Source: a virus (lineage: Duplodnaviria > Caudoviricetes). Taken from it: a DNA stretch of 34,586 bases. The position numbers and the translations under genes are program-made. A model generated the notes under the pieces. The model saw nothing but the letters and a program-made list of their open reading frames with translations. It was not told the origin of the DNA and did not search any database. Shown here one piece after another: positions 1-6,524 of this stretch; position 1 is the first letter of the stretch; every line of letters starts with the position of its first letter. The DNA lies in the IMG/VR virus record IMGVR_UViG_3300020045_002149, positions 1-34,586 of that record. One strand, written 5' to 3'.

Positions 1-3
1 GCG

Positions 4-1335
4 GTGGAGAAGACGCTATCAAACGTGCCCGTCTCCCAGGGCTGGTGGCAGCGCATCAACGAGCCCTTTACAGGCGCTTGGCAGCGCAACAAGGAAGAAA
101 AGCTCGAAAGCCTGTTGAACTATCCGGCTTTGTATGCGTGCATCTCCCGCATCGCTACCGACATCGGCAAGCTGCCGTTTAAGCTGATGCAGCGCGATGC
201 CAATGGTGTGTGGTCGGAAACTGAAAGCCCGGCCTTTTCCCCGGTGTTGCGCAAGCCAAACCACTACCAGACAGCCCAGCAGTTCCGGGAGCGGTGGGCG
301 CTGTCGCGCATCACGCAGGGCAACACCTACGTGCTGAAAGAGCGTGACAATCGCGGCGTCGTTGTGGCGCTGTACATCCTCGACCCGTACCGCGTTATGC
401 CGCTGGTCTCCGAGAGTGGCGAGGTGTTCTACCAGCTCAACAACGACTACTTGAACATGGTCCCGAGCGAGTTCGACGATATGGTCGTGCCCGCTTCCGA
501 GATCATTCACGACCGCTGCATTTGCCCTTATCACCCGTTGATCGGCCTGCCGCCGATTGCCGCCGCGTACCTGCCAGCGCTAAAGAACATGCGCATTTTG
601 CGTTCGTCGTCTGAGTTCTTCGGCAACAACGCGCAGCCGTCCGGCATCCTGTCGGCCCCCGGCGCCATCGGCGACGACACCGCCAAGCGTTTGTCCGAGC
701 ACTGGAACACCAATTTTACAGGCGAGAACGCGGGCAAGGTCGCTGTTGTTGGCGACGGCCTGAGCTTTATCTCCCTGGCGGCGAAGTCGGTTGATTCGCA
801 GATGGTCGAGCAGCTCCGGTACTCTGATGAGCAGATCTGCCAGCCGTTCGGCATCCCCCCGTTCAAGATCGGCTTGGGAACGATCCCTTCGGGCCTTGGC
901 GTGGACGCAATCAATCAGCTCTACTTTGACGACGCGCTGCAGGCCCCTATGCAGGCCATGGAAACGCTGCTGACCGAGGGGCTCAACGCTACCCCCTACA
1001 AGATCGACCTCGACGAGAGCGTGCTGATGCGCATGGACTCCGGCAAGAAAGCGGCCTATCACAGCGACCTGGTGGGCGCCAGCATCGAAACGATCAACGA
1101 CGCCCGCATCGAGTTCAACTTGAAGCCTCTTGCCGGCGGCGATACGGTCTACATGCAGCAGCAGGACTTCCCGCTTAACGAAGTTCGAAACAACAAGCTG
1201 CCGGATAACACCCCGGCACCCGTTGTCGCGCCTGCGGAACCTGTGCCGGCAGTCGACACCCAAACGCAAAAAGACCTGGCCGAACTGTTCCTGCTTAAAG
1301 CAGTTCAGGCCGCGCGAACTGAGGTTGCACAATGA
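4..1335 (+). CDS. HK97-family portal protein (true start may lie upstream of the window)
   Basis: Motifs ALYACISRIA, L..PN.YQTAQQF, GNTY, EIIH, FF.N.AQPSG, INDAR...NL.PLAGGD. Confidence 0.95.
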   Translation: MEKTLSNVPVSQGWWQRINEPFTGAWQRNKEEKLESLLNYPALYACISRIATDIGKLPFKLMQRDANGVWSETESPAFSPVLRKPNHYQTAQQFRERWALSRITQGNTYVLKERDNRGVVVALYILDPYRVMPLVSESGEVFYQLNNDYLNMVPSEFDDMVVPASEIIHDRCICPYHPLIGLPPIAAAYLPALKNMRILRSSSEFFGNNAQPSGILSAPGAIGDDTAKRLSEHWNTNFTGENAGKVAVVGDGLSFISLAAKSVDSQMVEQLRYSDEQICQPFGIPPFKIGLGTIPSGLGVDAINQLYFDDALQAPMQAMETLLTEGLNATPYKIDLDESVLMRMDSGKKAAYHSDLVGASIETINDARIEFNLKPLAGGDTVYMQQQDFPLNEVRNNKLPDNTPAPVVAPAEPVPAVDTQTQKDLAELFLLKAVQAARTEVAQ

Positions 1336-2003
1336 TCGATCCGGTAGAGTTCGGCAAAGCGATGGGCGCCATCATCAAAGAGGCGACCGCGCCGCTACTG
1401 CAGCGCATCGACCAGTTGGAAAAGCAACTGGCAGTGCTCCCGGCGCCTGAGAACGGCAAAGACGCCGACATGGAAGCCTTGCGCGCCCACCTGGGCGAAC
1501 TGGTCAAAGCCGTGCCGCCTGCTGCGCCGCTCCCGGCCCCGTCTGTCGAAGAGATCGCGGGCGCGTTCGAGCGTCGCTTCTCTGCTCTCACGCTGTCATG
1601 GGAACGCCAAGCGCGCGACACCTTCGAGAAAGCCGCAGACCGTATGCCGAAACCCAAGGACGGCCGCGACGCGCTCTCCCTGGAAGCCTTCGACCTGGCC
1701 TTGGCTGACGACGGTCGCACCGTTACGGTCAAGATGCAGGCCGGCGGCACCGTTATCGAAAAGTCCGTGAAGATCGCCGCAGTCATCGACCGCGACACCT
1801 TCAAGCACGACCGCGCCTACGAAAAGGGCGACGGCGTTTCTTACGGCGGGAGCTTCTGGATTGCCAAGTGCGATGAACCTAAAGGCGTGCCGGGCAGTGG
1901 CGAAACCGATTGGCGTTGCGCGGTAAAGAAAGGCCGCGACGGCAAAGACCTTCGCGACAACGCGAGCACCGTTGACCTGTCCAAAGGGGTGCCAATCAAA
2001 TGA
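1332..2003 (+). CDS. Portal-adjacent head-associated protein with GRDG motifs and a CBM5/12-like YEKGDGVSYGGSFWIA segment
   Basis: ATGA overlap with the portal gene; GAGG RBS; recognisable motif pattern. Confidence 0.65.
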   Translation: MIDPVEFGKAMGAIIKEATAPLLQRIDQLEKQLAVLPAPENGKDADMEALRAHLGELVKAVPPAAPLPAPSVEEIAGAFERRFSALTLSWERQARDTFEKAADRMPKPKDGRDALSLEAFDLALADDGRTVTVKMQAGGTVIEKSVKIAAVIDRDTFKHDRAYEKGDGVSYGGSFWIAKCDEPKGVPGSGETDWRCAVKKGRDGKDLRDNASTVDLSKGVPIK

Positions 2004-2374
2004 TGTACGTCACCCTGGCGCGCGGCAAGCAGCACCTGAACATGGACCACGACGAAGACGACACCTTGATCGAGGCGTACATCGGCGCGGCGTCTGAGGC
2101 GGTGAAAAACTACCTGAAGTCAGCCAGTCCTTACGAAGTCGAGCGCGATAGCAACGACGACCCGATCCTCGACAGCGCGGGCGACCCGACCTACGTCCTC
2201 GACAGCTCCGGCGATAAGGTCGTGAAGTACGCTGTGCAGGCTGCCACGCTGCTGCAGCTCGGCTTCCTGTACAAAGACCGCGACGAGAACGCCGACCGGG
2301 CCTATGACATCGGCTACTTGCCCAAGCCTGTGACCGCGCTGCTCTACCCTCTGAGGGCTCCGGCATGCCAGTAG
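2000..2374 (+). CDS. Head-tail connector (HK97 gp6-like)
   Basis: K.HL..DHDEDDTLI..YI.AA..AV..YL; A.LL.LG.LY.DRD; LLYPLR. Confidence 0.9.
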   Translation: MMYVTLARGKQHLNMDHDEDDTLIEAYIGAASEAVKNYLKSASPYEVERDSNDDPILDSAGDPTYVLDSSGDKVVKYAVQAATLLQLGFLYKDRDENADRAYDIGYLPKPVTALLYPLRAPACQ

Positions 2375-3027
2375 GTGACTTTTTCCGCAAGATATTCGGA
2401 GGCCCGTATCGTAAAGAGACGGACATGGGCGACGGCTCACACGCTGAGCGAGTCATCGCGCACCCGCCTTTCGATCTGCTAACTGATGGCGGCGAAGGGC
2501 CCGCCCGGCGCATGCGCGTGGACAACGGCCAAACGGGTTTCTTTGCGCGCCGCATGTGGTCCCTGAATTATGAGTTCTCCACGGCGAACCCTATCGCCGC
2601 GACGCCGCTTGTATTCCGGTTCACTATCCCGATCAACTTCATTATCCACGCGCATTACTTGGCCGTGGACCAAGGGGGGCTAACCCTCCGCACCTATGAG
2701 GCTTCGCAGGGCACCCCCGGCGGCACTTTCGGGGCTCCTCTATCGTTGATCTCGGAGAACCGGATGTCCGAGGCTGCGGCCTACGCTTTCCAGGGTCAAG
2801 TTTCCTCCGGCGGGACTTTCACGCCGACAGCCGGCCAGGTTCCCATCACCCCGCTTCGGGTCAGAACGGCGGGCGCTACGGCGCAACAGTCCAGTGTAGG
2901 GCAGGGCACGGTTTCTGAGAAAGGACGCGACGCAGGCACCTACTACGCCGTCTTGTCGCGCATGACCGGCGTTGCGGGGGACTGCACCGGGGTCTATACG
3001 ATCGTCATCGAGGAGCGCCCCGCATGA
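2365..3027 (+). CDS. Hypothetical, probable beta-rich virion accessory protein
   Basis: Overlaps both neighbours inside the head-tail operon; G/T/A-rich. Confidence 0.6.
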   Translation: MPVGDFFRKIFGGPYRKETDMGDGSHAERVIAHPPFDLLTDGGEGPARRMRVDNGQTGFFARRMWSLNYEFSTANPIAATPLVFRFTIPINFIIHAHYLAVDQGGLTLRTYEASQGTPGGTFGAPLSLISENRMSEAAAYAFQGQVSSGGTFTPTAGQVPITPLRVRTAGATAQQSSVGQGTVSEKGRDAGTYYAVLSRMTGVAGDCTGVYTIVIEERPA

Positions 3028-3362
3028 GCCGCGCCGGCCAGTACCGCCACCGGGTCGACATTCAGAACTGGACGGAAGTCCGCGACCCGGATACCGGCGC
3101 GTTCACGGAGTCCTGGGTAACCGTGTTCGAGAAAGTGCCCGCGCGCATTGCTCCTGCCAGTGGTCGCGAGTTCCTGGCCGCTGCGGCGATTCAGTCCGAG
3201 ATCATCGCACGCATCGTGATCCGCCAGCGCCCCGGACTGAATGCCAAGCAACGCATTTTGCACAACGGCGATATCTACAACGTACACGCGTGGCTGCCTG
3301 ATCAGGAAAGCGGGCGCGATTATGTTTCTGCCCCCTGTTCAGCCGGTACGAATGAAGGATAG
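3024..3362 (+). CDS. Head closure/adaptor protein (SPP1 gp16-like)
   Basis: RAGQYRHRV.IQ...D..TG....W; P.SGREF.AA. Confidence 0.9.
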   Translation: MSRAGQYRHRVDIQNWTEVRDPDTGAFTESWVTVFEKVPARIAPASGREFLAAAAIQSEIIARIVIRQRPGLNAKQRILHNGDIYNVHAWLPDQESGRDYVSAPCSAGTNEG

Positions 3363-3394
3363 ACTTCAACCTTTAACAAGCAGAGGCAAGACAA

Positions 3395-3742
3395 ATGGGT
3401 CAGGAATATATCGGTACCAAGCAAGTAACTGCATGGCCGGAAACTAAAGACATGCTCGACGGCTTTGCCGTTCAGTACGCCGACGGCTACACTAGCTGGA
3501 GCCCGAAAAAAGTATTTGAAGAAGCGTATCTGCCGATTGGCCAAGTCAAGGAATTGCCGCCACATGTTCAGCGTGTGATCGGCGAAAAAGCCCAGCTTGA
3601 CGACCGGTTGTCGAAGCTCTCCGCCTTCCTGCAAACCCCAGCTTTCAAAGACCTGCCGGCTAAATCTCAAAAGCTTATGGAAGCTCAGGCCAAGACCATG
3701 GCCGAGTATTCCGAAGTCCTCAAGCAACGCCTCGAAGCGTAA
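3395..3742 (+). CDS. Conserved phage hypothetical protein (crAss001_48-related type)
   Basis: YIGTK.V.A, Y.DGY.SWSPK.VFE.AY, P.HVQRV..EK..L motifs; GAGG RBS. Confidence 0.7.
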   Translation: MGQEYIGTKQVTAWPETKDMLDGFAVQYADGYTSWSPKKVFEEAYLPIGQVKELPPHVQRVIGEKAQLDDRLSKLSAFLQTPAFKDLPAKSQKLMEAQAKTMAEYSEVLKQRLEA

Positions 3743-3746
3743 TCCT

Positions 3747-4301
3747 ATGGGCCGGACGTTCGTCTGCATCGCCTCCGGCCCGAGCCTAAACGCGCGCGAC
3801 TGCGAACTGGTCCGCGCCGCCGGCCTCCCCACAATCGCTGTGAACAACTCTTGGCAGCTAGCCCCGTGGTGTGATCATCTTTATGCGGGTGATCTCGCGT
3901 GGTGGGATGCGAACGTCTCCAAAGTGCCTGACGGCCCTAAGCGATGGACGTGTACCCGCCAGGGGTCCGCGAAGCACGCTCTCAACCTGCATACCGCTTA
4001 CGGGGAGTACAACTCAGGATTACGCGCAATCGAACTAGCCTTCCAGCTAGGCGCCGAACGCGTCCTACTTCTCGGGTATGACTGCACGGTGCAAGGAGGA
4101 ACGCACTGGCACGGCGACCACAAAGACACGAAGAATCCGGACGAAGCGTTGTGCAGGAAGTGGAACAAGCAGCATTGCCGGTTGGCGCAGAAAGATCGGG
4201 TCGTCAATTGCTCGCGTGACACAGCGCTGACGGCGTACCGTTTAGGCATGTTGGAAAAAGAGTTGCAAAAGGTTGTTGACACTTGTGATGCGAATGACTA
4301 A
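3747..4301 (+). CDS. Maf/DUF115 (MptE-like, sialyltransferase-like fold) putative glycosyltransferase
   Basis: CIASGPSL, IAVNNS, NSG..AI.LA..LGA..V.LLGYD motifs; ATG at 3747 follows the upstream stop. Confidence 0.7.
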   Translation: MGRTFVCIASGPSLNARDCELVRAAGLPTIAVNNSWQLAPWCDHLYAGDLAWWDANVSKVPDGPKRWTCTRQGSAKHALNLHTAYGEYNSGLRAIELAFQLGAERVLLLGYDCTVQGGTHWHGDHKDTKNPDEALCRKWNKQHCRLAQKDRVVNCSRDTALTAYRLGMLEKELQKVVDTCDAND

Positions 4302-4304
4302 AGT
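4276..4304 (+). promoter_or_regulatory. Sigma70 promoter of the ncRNA array
   Basis: TTGACA(4276-81)-17 bp-TAAAGT(4299-4304). Confidence 0.85.
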
Positions 4305-4314
4305 TTGTTTCAAG

Positions 4315-4381
4315 CAACACGGTTCACGGCCTCGCAGATGCCGCCAGACTAATAGCCCGGACTAGACCTGGGGTCGTGTTG
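4315..4381 (+). ncRNA. Predicted three-way-junction RNA
   Basis: CAACACGG/TCGTGTTG closing stem enclosing CGGC/GCCG and CCAG/CTGG stems. Confidence 0.5.
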
Positions 4382-4384
4382 GTA

Positions 4385-4490
4385 GATTGGTTTCGGGTGG
4401 AAGTATCAGGTGCAAGCCCTGACGCATTACGCGGCTACGTAGGTAGCATAAGACTTAGTACTGAGGGTTCGATACCCTCCGCCAATCGCA
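4385..4490 (+). ncRNA. tRNA-like element with an enlarged variable region and no encoded CCA
   Basis: GATTGGT/GCCAATC acceptor-like stem; TCAGG-TGCAAGC-CCTGA arm; GAGGG-TTCGATA-CCCTC T arm. Confidence 0.6.
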
Positions 4491-4494
4491 ATAA

Positions 4495-4565
4495 GCGGGT
4501 ACGCACAGGGCGTTGATCAGCCTTCCAAGCTGATGACTAGGGTTCGATTCCCTATATCCGCTCCA
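4495..4565 (+). tRNA. tRNA-Gly(UCC) with a shortened, atypical D arm
   Basis: Acceptor GCGGGTA/TATCCGC; anticodon arm TCAGC-CTTCCAA-GCTGA; T arm TAGGG-TTCGATT-CCCTA; U73 plus CCA. Confidence 0.88.
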
Positions 4566-4585
4566 TATTTCCCGCACATGCGGAA

Positions 4586-4630
4586 CGCGGCTGACGAGAC
4601 CGGTAGGTCGAAACCCGAAAGGGTTCCGCG
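4586..4630 (+). ncRNA. Hammerhead ribozyme (type I topology)
   Basis: CGCGG-CTGACGA-GACC(GGTA)GGTC-GAA-ACCC(GAAA)GGGT-T-CCGCG: all core nucleotides and three stems present. Confidence 0.9.
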
Positions 4631-4641
4631 GATTAGCCCCA

Positions 4642-4754
4642 GGCGGGGAATAACCGGCTATCAGGGAGATCAACCTAAGCATATTCGATTCTGAGTCTGT
4701 TTAGGCCGTGGGTGCACAACGGTCTCCTGCGCAGTGCACATCTGGCCCGCCACC
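4642..4754 (+). ncRNA. Predicted nested 3-way junction plus pseudoknot RNA
   Basis: GGCGGG/CCCGCC, CCGG/CTGG, GGAGA/TCTCC, CCTAAGCA/TGTTTAGG, CCGT/ACGG; loop GTGCAC pairs with downstream GTGCAC. Confidence 0.55.
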
Positions 4755-4760
4755 TATTTT

Positions 4761-4931
4761 ACGACTCTCCCTGTGCTGATCAATTTAAGGGATTCAGGCC
4801 GAATAGCACGCTAGGCCGGCTGTCCTAGGCACGTAGCAGCGCCGTTATCGTCTGGCGCGGTAGGCCCCTAGGAGGTAAACGATACGAGGACTCGGAGCCT
4901 CGTTAAAAATTCCGAGGCCTATTCCCGTCGT
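4761..4931 (+). ncRNA. Predicted multi-pseudoknot RNA
   Basis: ACGAC/GTCGT closing stem enclosing three candidate pseudoknots. Confidence 0.5.
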
Positions 4932-4940
4932 GCCCTCCTT

Positions 4941-4964
4941 GACCCGCTTCGGCGGGTTCTTTTT
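4941..4964 (+). terminator. Rho-independent terminator ending the ncRNA array
   Basis: GACCCGC-TTCG-GCGGGTT followed by CTTTTT. Confidence 0.9.
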
Positions 4965-4976
4965 GAACGAGGCTTT

Positions 4977-5855
4977 ATGATTATTCATTCTATGAAAGGA
5001 CTCGGAGATAACGTTTATCAGCGAGCGTTCATCAAAGCCCTACCGAAACCTGTTTACCTCGACACACCCTGGCCGGAAATCTATTCCGACATCCCCGGCG
5101 TCCACTTCATCCGTCCGCAAACCAACCTGCGCACCCAGGCGAAGAACATCGCGCGCCAGGGCCGCACATGGGAAACGCCACCGCCGCGCCAGCCCTCCCG
5201 GCAGATCCGTTACGGCGCCGAAGGAATTATCAAAGGCATGACGGCCAGCTTCGGTGTGGCGCCAAGCGAGTTCGACCTTCCGCCGTTGCCCCCAACCTGG
5301 GAGCCGCGTCCTTATGTCGTAGTGCGCCCGGCCACGGTGCGCAGCGAGTGGCGAGCGGACACCCGCAACCCTCTCCCGATGTACATAGACGAGGCCGTAG
5401 CAGACGCACGAAAGCGCGGCTACCGGGTTATCTCTGTCGCCGACCTAGAAGACGGTAAAGAGTGGTTAATCGCCCATCCGCCGGTCACGGACACGCAGTA
5501 CCACAAAGGCGAACTGTCGGTCGAACAACTACTGTCGCTCGTTGCTAACGCCTCGGCGGTAATCGGCGGTATTGGCTGGCTGGTGCCGGCGGCCCTAGCT
5601 GCGAAAGTTCCTGCATGGATCATCTGCGGCGGCCAAGGTGGTTATAATGCGCCGGAGTTGATCACGCCAAAAGGGCAGAGCAATATCACATTCGCGGTTC
5701 CTGACAACTTTTGTCGCTGCCGCCTCAAAACTCACAACTGCGACAAGAGGATTTCAGATTATGACTCAAAGCTTACCGCATGGGCTGACCGACACATTCC
5801 TGTGGTCGGACGAGATGGGCAGGGGCTATCACTCCCGGCCGGCGATGCGTTATGA
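4977..5855 (+). CDS. GT-B glycosyltransferase (GT9/heptosyltransferase-like)
   Basis: N-terminal GLGD motif; C-terminal L..L.A.ASAVIGG....PAALAAKVP; GAGG RBS. Confidence 0.75.
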   Translation: MIIHSMKGLGDNVYQRAFIKALPKPVYLDTPWPEIYSDIPGVHFIRPQTNLRTQAKNIARQGRTWETPPPRQPSRQIRYGAEGIIKGMTASFGVAPSEFDLPPLPPTWEPRPYVVVRPATVRSEWRADTRNPLPMYIDEAVADARKRGYRVISVADLEDGKEWLIAHPPVTDTQYHKGELSVEQLLSLVANASAVIGGIGWLVPAALAAKVPAWIICGGQGGYNAPELITPKGQSNITFAVPDNFCRCRLKTHNCDKRISDYDSKLTAWADRHIPVVGRDGQGLSLPAGDAL

Positions 5856-6378
5856 AGGCGCGTATTTCGCGCACTACCAGAAGCTTGACGCGACAAAGAT
5901 GGGGCAGCTACTGACAAAAGCCCGATTGGAACTGGTCGAGAAGTACACCAAGGCTAGCCAAGGCGTGGATATCGGGATAGGCGGAGGTCGTTACGTCCAG
6001 GAATCTTGGGGGAACGGCTATGACGTCTGTGACGAGGCTGTAAAGTGGCTTAACAACATGGGCTCCTACACTGACCCTTACGTCGCGCCCGTTAGCCACG
6101 TCACTTGCTGGGATAGTTTGGAGCACATCCCGGAGCCGGAAAAGTTATTGGCGAACGTAAGGGATTGGCTTTTCGTCTCCCTGCCGTTGTGCGAATCCCC
6201 GGAGGAATGGCAATCCAGTAAGCATTTCAAACCGGGGGAGCATCTGCACTATTGGTCTCTACAGGGGTTCGTGTCGTGGTGCCAGAGCCTCGGGTTCGAG
6301 TGTGTAGAGATAAACCACGCCGAAACGGAACTAGGTCGCGAAGGTATCACCTCGTTTGCGTTTAAAAGGGTATCCTGA
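5761..6378 (+). CDS. Class I SAM-dependent methyltransferase
   Basis: VDIGIGGG motif I; WDSLEHIPEP; EHLHYW. Confidence 0.8.
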   Translation: MTQSLPHGLTDTFLWSDEMGRGYHSRPAMRYEGAYFAHYQKLDATKMGQLLTKARLELVEKYTKASQGVDIGIGGGRYVQESWGNGYDVCDEAVKWLNNMGSYTDPYVAPVSHVTCWDSLEHIPEPEKLLANVRDWLFVSLPLCESPEEWQSSKHFKPGEHLHYWSLQGFVSWCQSLGFECVEINHAETELGREGITSFAFKRVS

Positions 6379-6384
6379 TAACCT
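6356..6384 (+). promoter_or_regulatory. Candidate sigma70 promoter with extended -10
   Basis: TTGCGT-17 bp-TAACCT, with TG at the extended -10 position. Confidence 0.55.
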
Positions 6385-6456
6385 TTACGCCGTGACTGTA
6401 TCTAGTGGTTAACCGATAGGCCTATCGTAGAAGCCCAAATCTTTCGGTGCTGTACT

Positions 6457-6482
6457 AAGCCGCCTTCCTCGGGCGGCTTTTT
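6457..6482 (+). terminator. Rho-independent terminator
   Basis: AAGCCGCC-7 nt-GGCGGCTT plus T tract. Confidence 0.85.
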
Positions 6483-6524
6483 CTTGCCTGTGATAAACTC
6501 CGACCATTACCCGAGGGCGCGACC

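Noticed and set aside
4322-4351. GTTCAC plus hairpin resembling a type I-F CRISPR repeat (RNA anti-CRISPR)
   Set aside because: Only the first 6 nt match; the stem, loop length and 3' CTAAGAAA handle differ
4455-4682. 75-aa minus-strand ORF over the RNA array
   Set aside because: Antisense to the tRNA and hammerhead, no RBS, not protein-like
4838-4889. glmS-ribozyme-like words (AGCGCC, TTATCG, ACGAGG) and twister-like GTCCTAG nearby
   Set aside because: Order and pairing do not fit either consensus
4884-4916. Pistol ribozyme
   Set aside because: The P1/pseudoknot/A-rich linker is similar, but P2, P3 and the cleavage-site strand are absent
4642-4931. tmRNA
   Set aside because: Multiple pseudoknots are present, but there is no Ala-type tRNA-like domain with G3-U70 and a T arm, and no tag ORF
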